DNA from: Chlorokybus atmophyticus
Lineage: Eukaryota > Plantae > Mesostigma and Chlorokybus algae
Direction: 5' to 3'
DNA: 63,818 nucleotides
Assembly: GCA_009103225.1 (NCBI GenBank)
Contig: RHPI01003156.1
Location: 1,395,191-1,459,008 of the forward strand
Below are positions 23,249 to 37,427 of this stretch, in pieces. Both the position numbers and the translations under genes were made by a program. The notes beneath the pieces were generated by a model. That model worked only from the letters and a program-made list of their open reading frames with translations. It had not been told where the DNA came from and did no database searches. Each line of letters begins with the position of its first letter. Position 1 is the first letter of the stretch.

Positions 23249-24137
23249 TGGGCATGTAGTTGTGTTGCGGAGAGCGGCGGCGGCGGCGGTGGTCGGTGTC
23301 AGTGCAAGGGTCGCTGTTGTCGAGGTTGTAGGCCTACTTGTTGGTGTAAACCAGTTGGAGAGCAGAAGACTGCGCACTGGCCTGGTGGCGGTCGCGGGCT
23401 GTCCCGACCATGAGTGTTGGGGCTTCCCAGCCGGTACTTTTGTTCCCAGCATATGCACAGTTGTTAGCTGAGCTGCTGCTTTGGTTTTCTGCTGCTCACG
23501 GGCTTATCTGGGGTGTGGTCTTTGCTGCGTGCTGGCCGCATTGCGCACAGCCTTGCTGTCATGCATGATGGGGTGTCTTGTCGGATTGTTTACACTCCTC
23601 GCCGGTGGCACGTGTGTTTATTGAGAAAGACTTTGACACCTCATTGTATTACTTTTGGTTAGACTAGATCTGGGTCAATGCTGTGTGAGCGTGCTGCATG
23701 CTGCTTGACACATACCAGCAGTGAGAGTCTTTTTGCAACAGACGCTCACAGTGCCAAGCTTGATTTCTGGTTGCGTTTCTTAGCGCCAATGCGAGAAGGT
23801 TATTTCTTTTGCTGCGTTTATGGGTACAGGAAACAATCCTGGATGACTGGATGACTATTAAGCTGCGTTCTTCCTGGCTGCATAGAACAACGCAGCTTGC
23901 TAGTCAACATGACAATGGTTGCGTGCATGTGCGTGGGTGCATGTTGACAAAGGCGCACAGGCTCAGTGAGGTTGCAGCCTCCGTCACATGCATAACAACA
24001 GTGCTTTCCGTTGTGCGTGTTTAAACGCTCACTGCTAAATGTGCTTGCTGCTTCTGCTCTTTGAGAGTCTTGTGTTGCCTGACAAGCATGTTGCAAACAA
24101 TGCATTCACAATCACGATCTTGGCTACCTTCACTAGC

Positions 24138-25415
24138 ATGGTGTGGATTGACCTTTGCAAGAACTGTGCGTCGGGTCTAGCCATGCAACAGTAGCGTGAA
24201 TCAAAACTTACCGTTGATTGCTACGCGCATTTCTTGACTTGAACAGTGTCAAGCAAGAGTTGTTCCTCATGAATCAGCGTTGTGGTGTTGCAGCTATTGT
24301 CCAAGTTGGCTGCAAGCCGCCTGCAGAAAGAGTTGGCCGATTGGGAGAGGCATCCCCCTGTTGGCTTTGAACGAGTGCCGTCAGATCACTTGCAAAGGTC
24401 TGTGAGCGCACACAAGTATATGTGCGTATGAATTATGTGCATGCGTGTGTGCACTGATACGCACATGTTTACCTGTTTGTTAAGTGTGCACACACTTGTG
24501 AACATGTGTGCGCGCGCGCTAATGCTCACACATACACTGGGATCTTTGTCTGGTTTGCGTGTGTACATATACACAAACATATACACAAATATACACATAA
24601 TTTGTGTATATACACAAATTTACAAACACAAGTCCCGGTGCAGTGCGAATGCTGATTGCTACGATCTGGTGCTGATGTCATTAACGTCTTCCCACGCAGT
24701 TGGGTGATTGTGTTGCACGGTGCTCCCGGCACCGTGTACGACAATGAGCATTTTCGTTTGAAGGTTGATTTCCCTTCCACCTACCCAATGGAGTCCCCTC
24801 AGGTGGGAATGTGTTTATGACTGCAGATCCTTGTATTATGTATCGTTGGGATTACTTCACACCTTGTCGGTGCTGTTGGCTGAATTGTGCATGTTCACGC
24901 TCAGGTTGTGTTTCTCGACCCTCCTTTGCACCCGCACATATACAGCAATGGGCACATCTGCCTCGGTAAGCCTGTGCAAGCCCGTGTGTGGTAGGAAGTT
25001 GCTGTCCTTTATACTGCGCTGAAAATACACTGTTGTCCTCAAGCATTGCATTAGTACAACTGGAAGCCAACATGGGCTCGCTGATGCAGATATTCTATAC
25101 GATTCGTGGTCACCCGCTTTGACCGTCAACTCAATCTGCATAAGCATACTGTCTATGCTTTCCAGCTGCAAAGAAAAGGTATGAGGCTGGGAGAGTTTGC
25201 AATCCCGTGATGTTTGTATCAGTGGTGGATGCGGCCAGGGGTCATGAATTATCTTGGACTGGATTCCTGGTTTTTTATTTCTGTCGGAGAAGAGGGCTAA
25301 TATTAGCTTTTTGGGTGCGTAGGTGCCTCCAGCAGACAACGATCGGTATGTCCGCAATGCGTCGGGTCGGTCACCCAAAGAGACCAGGTGGTGGTTTCAT
25401 GACGACACGGTTTGA
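24138..25415 (+). CDS. UBE2W: Ubiquitin-conjugating enzyme E2, UBE2W / plant UBC15-18 type (start exon tentative)
   Basis: Exons 24294-24397, 24700-24802, 24905-24965, 25090-25178, 25323-25415: SRLQKEL..W; DFPSTYPMESPQ; HPHIYSNGHICLDIL; DNDRYV...RWWFHDDTV*. Confidence 0.95.
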
Positions 25416-26187
25416 CCCACGTCATGTACAGTTTGTTATAGCATCAGGACATAATTTTGTAGATTGAATAATAGCTGATTTGCAGCCCAGTTGCTGCATA
25501 CACTGCAGCGGCCCAATGTGCGCAGGGGTTGCACAACTGATCCCCTTGTGCAGTGCTGGTCCTGCAGGATGGCTTATTGCTGTGCACCCTGCATGAGCAG
25601 TCTTTGCAAGGAGCAGATCTGATGTGAATAATGACTTACTGCCCGTGTTTATGTTATCTTGGTACTGCTGTGTTGTATGTGCGCATGATCTGCAGTGCGC
25701 CAGGCACGGACGCGCAGCTTGATTGAGACAGTAGCATTATCGCTGCCAGAAAGTCGTGGCTTGTAAGGTTTGTGTCGTCTTGTGGCTTGGTAGGTGCGTG
25801 TTAGTATCAGGCGATTGGTGCTAGCACAGTAGATAGTGTTGTGGGTGTTGTGGTAAGTATGGACATTTGGCTGTGTGCTTGCATGCACACTGAATGCAAG
25901 CACACAGCCACACATTGTGCCAAGGCCACACATTTGACATCATGCTGGGTCCATTGCATGTGTCGTGCATGTGCATACGTGTCGCGCATTTACTGTACAA
26001 CCTCTTGATTGCAACGCCAGCTGCACTAATATTAAGATTGGAAAGTGGCAACAGAGCAGTTCTGCAACACTCCACTCTTATCAATCCTATTCAAGTGGTA
26101 GCGCATCCCACACGAGCTGTGCCACAGAACAGGCTTAAACTTGGGCTGCACGGTGGTGTGTAGACTGCAACTGCTGTTTGCATGCGC

Positions 26188-29100
26188 TCATCCAGCAAAG
26201 TAATGCAAAAACTCCCTCCATGTGATAAAGCCATTGCCTGCAGGGGTCAGAGACATCAACACTCAGTGCACAAGTGCTTGCATGCACACTCAACTCAGGT
26301 ACATTTGCACGCATTGCTTGGCAACTCCGCCAAGATGCGCAGCAATAACACATGTACTGCAATGAGCATACGTGAGGCAATGCCGGTGGACATGTCATGC
26401 AGACCCACTCACCAGAGCCAGCAATGTCGCTGAACACGGTACTAAAAGTATCCCTGGTAACACCGTTCTGTTGTACTCGTGCCGGCAGCTGAAGAAGCCT
26501 GCCCACCTGCAGATAACTCTTGCTTAGCTCATCAGCTGGGCATATGTTGCAATGTCTGAGAACCATTCCATGAGGGAGTGATCTGCAGAGAGTACGCGTA
26601 CAAACCTGTGGGTCGCACTGCAGCGCAAGTAGAAGCTCCTTTGTGTTGACGTACTCCACACCAGGCTGGCAAACGCTTGCAAAGACGGAGCGCAGGCACT
26701 CAACCTCTGATGGGAGCAGAGCATCTTCCATTGATTGCGCTTTGCTCTGCATGCCGACAAACATGAATCTAATTAACGCCACATGCAAAACATGTCGGGT
26801 ATAGAATGAAAAAATGTCAGTTCCGCGACAATGCGTGCTTGACCTCCAAGCACACACCTGCGATTGCGACTGTGCCCTTGATGTCTGAAGCGAAGCATCC
26901 TGTTCAACATTCTCAGGGCTTACGGGCCTGGAAAGCGTGAGAGTGAGGATAACAATTTGGAGATACAAGTGCACGTACGCACACAGACCGCGCACATACG
27001 TGTAGGCGTGCACAAAATACACATGCTTTTTACCTGAGCAACAATGTCCTCGTGATGTCTTGGCTGCTGGTTTGTCGAATTGCCTGACAAGATACACATT
27101 TAGCAATGGTCAAAGCAGCGGTCAGGTTACTAACTGCTCTGCTCCTCACCTTTGCCAGGAAATGACCAGCGCCCAAACCAGGCGCCCAGGCTTTCATCGC
27201 AGAATGGAAGGATTCAGACTCCTCCTGTGCACGCAAAATGTGTTAAGCAAAAAAGCAAGAAACCAACCCCCAAACAAGTACGCGGTCTTGACAACAATAC
27301 CTCAAGTAGTCGTTTCTGCCTCTGCAGTGCTTCACGCTCGGAATCCAACCTGTTTGCCTCTTCCTGCTCCAACACAATGATGAGCGTGCATGCATATGGG
27401 CAGGCATGCTGCAGCAGCTGCACGCAAAGCAGGATCACAAGAAGGCTCAGCCTGTAACCTGTGTGCGAATGCGTTCCCGCTGGATTGCGTGTAACCTCTC
27501 CTCGAGCACGGATCGCTTCTGCAGTACATGATTGGTCCGAGTCAAATATGAGGTCATCCACTTGATAAGACAGCGGCGTTGTGTTTACCTGCTGCAGTAC
27601 TGAAGTTGGTGACAGGCCATCTGCTGTGGTGTTCCTGTTGAGTTCAGAACGTGGGATTAACCCTTTGCATGAGCGCTACTGATATGCATGACATGGAGTG
27701 TTCTCGTACCCCAGGTCAGTGTCTGTAAAGGCGGACTCAAAAACTTGCTGAATAAGCGCTTCCTGCATGTCATGCCTTGTCAGTGACTTTGATGTCCCAA
27801 AGTTATCAGTACTTGTTGTTCAGCAGGCGACGAGGTGACCGAAACATGCGCAAGTGACTGCTAAGCACGCTGTCATTATCCAACTTTACCATCACAAACA
27901 ATATATGCGCGACACATGCTGGCTTTGTGAATACACATGCCTTCCTGCTCAGTATTTAAAACACCGCAAACCTGTTCGGCAATGATGCTGTAAGCATTGT
28001 GCAGCTGTCGCTCCAACTCAATGTTCTGTTGCATATCCGGTGGCGGGGGAGCCATCCTTGTTGGACTTGCAGGATTGGGCGATGCTGGCAAGCTCTCGTC
28101 TCCTCCAGCGACCCAGTGATCCTGACTCATAGAATTGATGCGCTCCTGCATACACACATGAAACTCAACAAGGTATTCAATCGCCGCATCAAGAACAATA
28201 AAAGCAAAGTAATTGCTCACTTTCAGGCTGCATATCTTTGCTCTGATGTCCATCACCAGCTGCTGATGCTCCAAGTCACCAACAGGAGAGTCATGTTCAT
28301 CCTGAGCAAAAATCAAGTCAGGTGGTATTTAGCGGGACGGGTGCAAACTGAGGTAGAGAACCCACCTGATCGGCTCCATGTGCAATGGCCGGAGAGTAGT
28401 GCTCTCTGCTGTAAGGCGACTTGCTGGGTGTCGGGCCCTTGTGCGAGTTGATGAGCTCCTTCATTTCATCCTGGATGGCCCATGGAATTGGTTGTGGCAA
28501 CATCAGACAAGTGCAACTGGTTGTTGCATGATAATCACCTGCAGGGTGCGAAGAGCGTTTCTCAGGTCTGCATTTTCTTGAACAAGCTCCTTCTGTTTGG
28601 CCTCATAAGCGTCCACAACAGTCTTGTAGAGATCCGCATCTGGAGTTTGCTTGGTGCCGAACCACCTGCCGCGTTGATGGCCCTCGCGCTTTAGCAAGTT
28701 GATAATCTCCATGCTAGCTTTGCTTTCCTTCCTCTTTTCCACAAGGATTTGGTTCAACTTCTCCTGCAACCATCAACATGAGCAGATATGCTTGACAGTA
28801 AGCTTCACGCAAACAGCTAAGCAAGCCACATGCTCTTGGGGCGCTGTGGCTTGCAAGAATTCACCTGAGCCAGAACTGCGCATAGTGCTAAACTACAAAC
28901 TTATTGATAATACAGCTGTTGTCCAGTGTACAGCAGAGTAGAACTACAACATGATTGTAAGCATGGCAGGTTCACAGCGGTCTCTGACCTGCAGTTTGGT
29001 GTACTCACGCTCCTTTTTTCGTATCTCATGCAGCTGCTGTGTCTGGCGGTGCTGCAAACACCAACAACGTGCTGATCAGCAGCTGCAGCGCAATCAGCTT

Positions 29101-30490
29101 CAGCACCAGCATGCAGTTTTAGCTCCAGTGACAAGAGCGTGCGCGACATATGCTGTTCACAAACACATGAAACGACAACCTTGCACTGCACTCACCTGAA
29201 TCCCTGTGAAGGCTTTTTGCAACTCATCACGCTCTAGAATGAGCTTATCCAATGCGGCCTTGTGCACAGCAGCCATTTGCCGTTCCTACAACCATAAGTT
29301 GTTTGCTCAAGTGTAGATTGCTCGAGCATGAAAGTGCTTGAGCAGTGTATGCTCCCGCACATGTGCACGTGTCCATGTACACTTGCACTTACTTTGATGT
29401 AACTACTGCCCAATTCACGGTCCTTCAGCTCAAGTGACCTCTCCAACCTGTCCACTTTGTTCTCCATGAGAGATATCTCTCCAAACAACCTAAGACGGTG
29501 AGCACCAATCAGCGGATGCAACACACACATAAGCTTACAAACCAACATCAGCACAAGCGCATGCTTACTTTCTCTGCTGTTCTTCATTGGTGCTTCTGAA
29601 CTGTAAATCTTTTTGCCTTTGTGTAAGCAAAGCGTATATACAATTGCACACCAGCACGGCATCATCCTGTCACACGAGCGTATAGAAGTTAAGCCAGGAG
29701 CTACAGCATATGCGCGCAAGCTTATGCCAACATGTGATGCTCACCACTAGCGCACCTGTACAAGGCCGTTGAAGCACAGCGAGCTGGGGTACCCGAACGC
29801 AGCAAGAGACTGATTAATAAAGCGCTGGCAGTGCTCGAGGTTGTCTGCGGATGCAAACGATGGCCTGCCGTTCAACAAGTTACCGTGTGTGATGTTATTG
29901 TTAACAATATGTATTGAGTTGAGTATCTGCAAGGGCAGCAGAGCAAAGATGGCAATGGTTGCCATGAACATGTAGGCGCCCTTACCCGGCAACACTTGCA
30001 GAAAACCCATCGCTATAATCCTGCCAATACATAGCGTGAGAGTTAGTGAGTCATTGAGAACATAGCCAGATGTTCCATCCTTGCAGTGTTCGCAGTCGTC
30101 ATCATCTCGTTGCTTGCAGTGTTCGCAAATCTGCCGTCTATCAGCCACATAGACTGAGCGCACTACAGATTTTGCACAAGTTTTGTCGGGAGCATGCGTG
30201 ACACCAGAAACACACACACAATGTATCTACCATCAGGCAAGACAACAACAACACAAGTAGCTGTGGATTGCAATTGCCACAGGTTGAAAATAACCTGACG
30301 AAATTGCAATACGAACAACAATTGTGCGCATATCATTATCAAACTTCGCAGCGCAACAAAGCGTAAATGCTGTTTTCAAATCAAAGGACAAGCACAAAAA
30401 CGCAACAATGACAATTGTGTTGAAAGGTTTGCACACCTCTTGCGCGCCAACATGCTGGTAGTTAAGCGCGTAGATATCAAAGCTTGCCAT
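26188..30490 (-). CDS. Afadin/alpha-actinin-binding (ADIP/SSX2IP-like) coiled-coil protein with a C-terminal EF-hand-like region
   Basis: FASADNLEHCQRFINQSLAAFGY; ENKVDRLERSLELKDREL; QEKLNQILVEKRKESKASMEIINLLKREGHQRGRW...VDAYEAKQKELVQENADLR resemble the plant family. Terminal exons LRSVF...VNTKELLLAL and DIAGSG|NGFITWREFLHYFAG*. Confidence 0.85.
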
Positions 30491-30978
30491 ACTCATGCCA
30501 GAGGAGGCAACAGTGCTCAGCTCAAGAAGAGGGCCTGGCCTTCAGCATGACATTGGCCTCTTAAAAGAGAGGAATGTTCTTGCAACTTTCAGCTCAACAG
30601 CATCATCGCTTGAACAGGCGCCCGCGCACGGCACTGCACCAATCCGTGCTACACATCATCCTCTAAGACGTAGGCACCTCCTCGACAGAAACATTTAATG
30701 AAATCCGTGATAAACACCAGCACGAAAGCCAGGCCAGGTCACATCCACTGACTTGCAGCAGAAACTCAGTGGATGCCACTGAACGCTCCAAACCCTTGAC
30801 TAGTCATTCCTTGGATTAGTAACCAGCCTGTCAGATCATGTTATAGACAACCTCCCTACCCTGAGAAACCCCCTCGACACTGCCCCCGGCGACGTCCTGG
30901 ACGACACCGCCGCCACCCCAAAGAGCCAATTTCGTATTATTCTTTTTAGCGCCAATTTCAAACAGCTCTGCATAGCGG

Positions 30979-30987
30979 TTAGGGTTT
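30979..30987 (-). promoter_or_regulatory. Telo-box (TTAGGGTTT) in the ADIP-like/SURF1 divergent promoter
   Basis: Exact motif between two head-to-head genes. Confidence 0.55.
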
Positions 30988-31194
30988 CTCAGCGAGCTCA
31001 GCGATCGACAGAACAGACTGCTCAGTCTGTTCAGGTCGTTTCTTATCTCACGGCGTGATCACAACGGGTTCAGCATCTCCACAGGGACGAACCCGTCGTG
31101 ATCACACAATGCGATCATTCCTTGTTTGATGTGTTCGGTGGTCTGAGCTCAAAGCCTTGAGCGGAAGTGAGCCCATTTGATCACATTGTGCAGC

Positions 31195-33494
31195 ATGCGG
31201 GCGGCGTCGGTGGCAGCCGCGGCGGCGTCGTTGTTGAGGCGAGCGGCGCAGTCGGCTTCCCGGTTCGTGTCGTCTGCTGCTACGCAGGCAGCGAGCGCCT
31301 CGGAGGCGTCCACGTCTGGTACGGCCTGCCGGAGGCAACGCCTGCGCGCATGGTTGTTGTCTTGGTTGTCATCCTCCAGCTGGGTGTCGTCTTTGTGCTT
31401 GTCAGTTTGCTGCTGTGTGCTGGTTTGACATGAAGGACATGCATTTTACATGCACACAGGCTTGAATCATGTGCGTGGTGTTGCTGTGCTGCAGGGCGAG
31501 CAACAACAGGCGCTGTCCTGCTGCTCGCAGCGCCATGCGCTGCAGCAGCTGGGTTGGGGATGTGGCAGCTACAGCGCAGGCAATGGAAGGTGAGAGCTAC
31601 TAGCTGCAGCGTGGGACACTATTGCAGATATGTGCAGACATGCAGTATGTTACATGTCACACAACACACTACAGTGCAAGCCAAGCTAGCGCTGCTGTGC
31701 AGGTTGAGTTGCTAGAGAGGCGATCACAGCGGTTGGCAGAGCCACCTGAACCGCTGGGCAACCTAGCCACGTATGTATGCATGTTCTGTCGTGCTGTGTT
31801 CAGTGGATTGTTGCACAATGCTTGCACAAGGCATTCTGTCTCAGCATGTGCTTGCTTGTTGGCGACAATGCACCAGTTGATGCAGCGGGTGCAGTGGTAG
31901 GGCTGGTACAGTGAATGTGTACAGCAGCTTCTGTGGCAATTAGGCGCCTTAGCAGTTTGTGTGCCATTGCAGTGGACCAGATCCGTCAAGACTAGAGTAC
32001 CGCAGAGTACGATGCGAAGGCCGCTTTGACGACAGCAAGTCACTGTTTATTGGTCCACGGGTAAGAAGGTGGGAAGGCGAGCTGTGAAGACAATGCCACA
32101 TGTGGGGATGAAGTCTCAATGTGTTGCTGGTCACCATTGTGTGGGTGCGCTAACACCATGTCCTGTTGCAGCTCCGGCCCCAACACAGTGAGAGGCTATC
32201 TGCTGGTGACACCTTTTATCAATAGCGACGGGTATGTGAGCAGTCAGTGTCTATGTGTACATGGTGTATGCTATATGACATTTGAGATGGTATGCACGGT
32301 AGTTGAGGTCTAGATGCACGTCATACTTGACAGGAGGGCGCCACATGTCCTGGTCAACCGAGGGTGGGTACCTGAGGACTGGAGAGAGAATCTGAGCAAG
32401 CACTCACAGGTATGATGGCGTTCCATGGTCAGGGCAATCTCTTCCAGTACATTAAGGTCTTATGCATGTTGCACAACCTTTGTACAGTAGCTTACTGTAC
32501 AAAGGTGTGTCAGCTCTATATAGAACTCGAATGCTTTGCTGACCTTTGGACTCATTGTGCTTGTCGATTGCTAGGGTGAACACGTGGCTGTGACTGGCAT
32601 ATTCAGAGGCAGTGAAGAGGTGAGAGACAATCTTTCAGGGAAGGGTGCACCTGCAGCACCCAACCCCATGGTTAATTGAGTTTAATCGACTACTCCTGCG
32701 TGCTAACCAGTGCCTTTCTCCCAGCCTAGCGCCTTTGTACCTCCCAATGTTCCAAGCACTGGCACTTGGTAAGAGAGCATGCTGGCCACCCATTGCGACA
32801 CTTTTGGTAACTGGTAATTAGAGATGTGCACTTCAGCATAAGAATACGCCGCCCTTTCCTGGTTTGGTCGAAGGTTGCACATGGTCGATGGCTGGATGCG
32901 CACTGAACAGCGTGAACAGCGTCTCAAAGCCCACACTGTGTTAGAAGAAAACATAGCTGCAGTCAATGGCATTTACCCCGCATTGCTGTCTGTCTCAGGT
33001 TTTACCTTGACATGCCAGCCATGTTGAAGGCATGCGATCTGCCGGAAGGAACTCCATTTGTCGAGGCGATCTCAGGTACTTGGCGGCTAAAGGAGTTGGC
33101 TTGGTTGAGATGGTGGTGGGAAGCAGCTACAACAGGTTGTTTGGCCTTTTAGCTGACACTTTTTGCAATGATGCCAGAGCATGATGCTGGCACCAGCTTC
33201 AGCCCTCCGGTGATGAAAGAACCAGCAGACTTCCTCACTTTCAATGTAATGCCCAACCACCACATCCACTACGCCCTCACCTGGTAAGCACATAGCGGTC
33301 AAGCCATGTGATTGCCAGCACAGAAGTATCCGCAGCATCTTGACCTGGGCGCTTCATGACCAGCACAGAAAGGCAACAAGCTTGTACCCTTGCCAATACT
33401 CCATTTTCACTGCAGGTTTACTTTGTCTGCTGTCACGAGCTACATGGCATGGCGTCGGGTCGGTGCTCAGCGACTTGCAAAGCCTCCAAGATGA
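31195..33494 (+). CDS. SURF1: SURF1/SHY1 cytochrome c oxidase assembly protein
   Basis: Mitochondrial-type presequence, GLGMWQLQRRQWK, EYRRVRCEGRFD, GYLLVTP, VLVNRGWVP, HHIHYALTWF across in-phase exons. Confidence 0.93.
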
Positions 33495-34329
33495 CGATCT
33501 TAGGCACTGGTTGACACGGGTCACATCGAGCAGAAACACCCTGCAGAGTGGGCTGTAAGGTTGTGTCGGCAGGCAACCACTGCATGCATAGAAGCAGGTT
33601 TATGTGTGCACTGGTTTTCGAGGGCAGGCAGTGATGGTTTGCAGCGCCTGACGCAGCATCAACTCAAGTGCACTGTGGGCACAAAGCCAGCAGAGTGATC
33701 TTCCGTTGCAATGGTTTGGGTGCTCTGAGGGTTGATGTCCCGCAGCCAGTAAGAATACAGTTATGTTGACCAACCCTTGCGCTGTGTATAACCGGCAGAC
33801 TCGTCACAATCATTACTTGCATGCTCCAATTGTGCTGTATTACAGAATGGAGTTGGCAGCCCCGGCACAAGTGCAAATGCATTAGAACAAGGCTCTCTTT
33901 TCGTGCATGCACAGTCTCAGGCGTGCGGTATGGCGGTGACGTGTTGCACAAAGCCACTCCTGCAACACATATCAGAGGATGACACAGTAGTCGAGTTGCA
34001 TACTCCCATGTCTTGCACAATTAATAATTACAACAGCTATCTTCTTGCTGCATGGTACCAATGCTGCTCAAATATTGTGTGATCATGGAAGGGACCACGC
34101 AATTAACACCAGTACATGGATAACGCATCACTTGCACTGGAGTGTGCCTGACAATGTACCAGCCACCTTCCTGAAGGCCACACACCCTCGGGGCCTCTGT
34201 CTGCCCCTCCAAACACACGCGCATGTGCCAATGACTCGCATACACAAAGTCCGGAGGAAACACATGCTGCTATTACATTACAATGTAGTGCTAGCGAGAC
34301 TAACTTACAATAGATTGACTAGTGCTGCT

Positions 34330-36325
34330 TTACTTCTTGCCAAACATACCAAAAAGGCTCTTCACAGCCTTGATGGCGTTCTCATTGATAAGGGGCTCGT
34401 CGTACTGGTCAATCAGGGGCTTAAACTGAGGCGACTCGCGCACTGCCGCCAAGTCTGGGTCACTGCGAATCGTCTGCAAACAAGCAGAACCGTCTACATT
34501 TCAGTAACTGAATGCATAGAACTGAAACAGAGTTGCAGCTGCTCATAGGCTTGCCTTGAAATCTTCAAAGCCGGCTTTCAGAGACACTTTCAGTGCGACA
34601 ATTCCAGCGTCAACCTGGGAGATATGCATCACACGATAGTATTACACGACGTCAACTTTAACCGCTCCAGCGAACACCTCGTACTGAGATTGGCTTGCCT
34701 GAAGCGAATCTGAATGCAAAAAGCGCTCACCTTTCCAAGCTTTGAGTAGCAGCATGCCACATTGTAGCTAGAAACAGCTTCTTCCCGCCGCGTTGGGTCC
34801 AACCCAAGAACGTTCTCAAACTTCACCAGCGCATCCTCGTAACTTCCCTTTCTGAACGTGCATTGCCAAGTTAGATGATGTTGGCCCCGGCATACCGCCT
34901 TGCACCGCATAGGCTTTGAGCTCGTAATGGAGTGGAAGCCACTAACATCCAGGCATCCTTGATACCAAGCGCATGCAACTTGAGCCACCCGTGCATGAGT
35001 ATGCACAATGCCACATGAGCAAGATGCATACTTGTACAATCTCAGGCCCTCTTCCAGGTCATCTCTCCTTATTCTCTCATTCTCCTTGGACTTCTTGTAG
35101 AGCTCCATCTGTCTTTGCTTTGTGTCGTACCCAACATTGCCCGCATTGCGCTCCCTCTCCCAGCCAGGTGCCGACTTCTCGGCAAATTCGATCATTGCTG
35201 TAGCGGCAGATAAACGCAACGCGGGAGTCAGCAACCGACTTGCATACAATCTGAGCGGGATTATTGCTGATAAATCTGAGATATGTGCATGGAGACAGTG
35301 CTGAAGAACATATGCAGGCTGCTTACTCTTTGGCCTGGTCATTACAAGAGCCACGCCTCCTGCGCGGGTCTTGATGGCATACATGGTGCGGCCATATTCT
35401 GCTGCAGGCCACATATCCGTGCCGAATGTAGCACTGCAAGAGCACGTTTAATAGGAATGAAGGCCACTGCTTACGCCAAGCATCAACGAACTTGTCATGA
35501 CAAATCACTTCAACATGGAGGCCCCAACAGTGGAGGACACACATGCATGCATGCACACACCTTGTCTCCAAAACCCTGTCGCCAATTCGCAAGCCGGCCT
35601 CCTCTGCATTACCTCCAGAAACAACGGACTGCGCAGTGCGAGCAGTTCAGTATGCCATGCAGAATGTTGGAGGCAGAGGAATGCATGCACTGCCCTGTTC
35701 AAAAACAGATGTGCAAAGCTGTTGCCATAGCAATGCCAACATGCACCGCAGATATGACATGCAGCTTCTTGGCTTGCTTGAAAGTGGTGCCCATACATTG
35801 CAAAGACACAACATGAGATTGCTTGCTGAGGAGCACCACGGCACAAGGTACGGAAAGGCTACTAGCAGGTACGATGCCCCGCAGGCATTGCATTGCGAAC
35901 AGCGAAAGTATACAATGCAGGTGAGTGTAGCGAGCATATACGCACTCATGCACATGCACACGTAAGCACACCAGCACGTAGGTGCCGCCGTCGACGCCCT
36001 TGCCGAATGTGACGCCGATGGGCTTGCGCAGCTCCACCTCAAAGGTCTTTAGCGTCTCGTCCTCGTCCTCCTCCGCGGCGGAGGCGACAGCTTCCACCGC
36101 AGAGGCAGCAGCAGTCTGCCTCACCGCCGCAGCCTCTCCCCGCCTTGACCGCCTGAGCGCCGGCGGCGCCCGACAGACTGATCCCAGCAATGCCGGCGCC
36201 GCCTTCCTATACCGAGCTACCGCAGAGACCCTCGCAACCGCCTCTCCCACCGACGACGACGAAGCTGACGAAGACGGGACCACCGCCCTCGCCCCCACCA
36301 CCGCTGCCGCTGCCGCCGCCGCCAT
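34330..36325 (-). CDS. ZKT: Chloroplast PDZ-K-box-TPR protein (ZKT / thylakoid MET1 type; not the DNA methyltransferase MET1)
   Basis: Ala/Ser-rich transit peptide; FEVELRKPIGVTFGKGVDGGTYV; SATFGTDMWPAAEYGRTMY; SYNVACCYSKL; GFEDFK|TIRSDPDL; ENAIKAVKSLFG. One GC-AG intron (34554-34474). Confidence 0.94.
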
Positions 36326-37427
36326 GCTGTCAAGCCTGACCACTACAGCGCAGCTTGCCAGACACTTGGCAGAGGCTCCAGTACAAAGCTTACGTGCGTC
36401 ACTGTGGAAGATACTGGGGAGACGATACTTTTGTCTGCTGCATGCGGCCGCGTGGCAGCGCGTGGAAGATAGATTCCGCCCTCCGACTGCCCGCAGCCAC
36501 AAACTTGCGGGCGGTGTTGAGAGTGGATGAAGGATTCGTTCTGGGGACCAGTTTTAGAGGCTCGCAGGCTGCGAGACTTGAACACTCCAAGTTCACAGTG
36601 TTCAAGGGCTTGAGGTTTGAACAGCAGGGAATTATGCGATTGGAGGTCAGATCTTAGCGACTTTATTGGTATGAAGTTTTACTTAGTGCGACATATTGTA
36701 ACTTATGCAAGTGCTTTGCCAGTGCTATGCACATAGCATGTGCTTAGTGCAGGGACGATACGTTGTATGGTACTTGACTTCCTTGAAATGACTTTACTAC
36801 TTAGTCTCGCATATGTGTGATGTGCTAAACATGACTTGATAGTTGAACAATTGGTGATTGGTATGTACGAATTCAATCTTTGTTAATGTATTACTGTTAG
36901 GTTGAAGCGATCTGCAGGCATGCACTAATTATTATCAAGAGCGCACATTACATCACACAAATAAAAAAGTACATAGCATATGCACATGCTGGTTGTCTGT
37001 AGCTTAATTACATTAACGTGTGATCTTACGAAATACAACCGCAAAGGCAAATGTACTTATGAAATGCATGATTACACAAGAATGCATTAGCAACACGCGT
37101 TCATGCGTTTGTGTTTATGGTTGTTGCAGATGTGCGCGCACTTGCATTTATGTGCAAGTGCATGCGCATTTACAATCTCTGTCTTAAATGCATAGAATCC
37201 AGCCATTTTTATCAGCAGAGCACACGTGCATCGGGCATATCCACCATAGCTGTGCCACATCTATGAAATATATAGCATATACATATGAGGCATAGTGCAT
37301 TGCGTGTGCATGTGCTTTTTCTAATGCACAACTACCAGACACTCATGCACACGCAGACCGAGCACACAACACACAAGGGGCAGGACTAGCGTGACAATGC
37401 GCATAATACACTCATGCATGCGCACAG

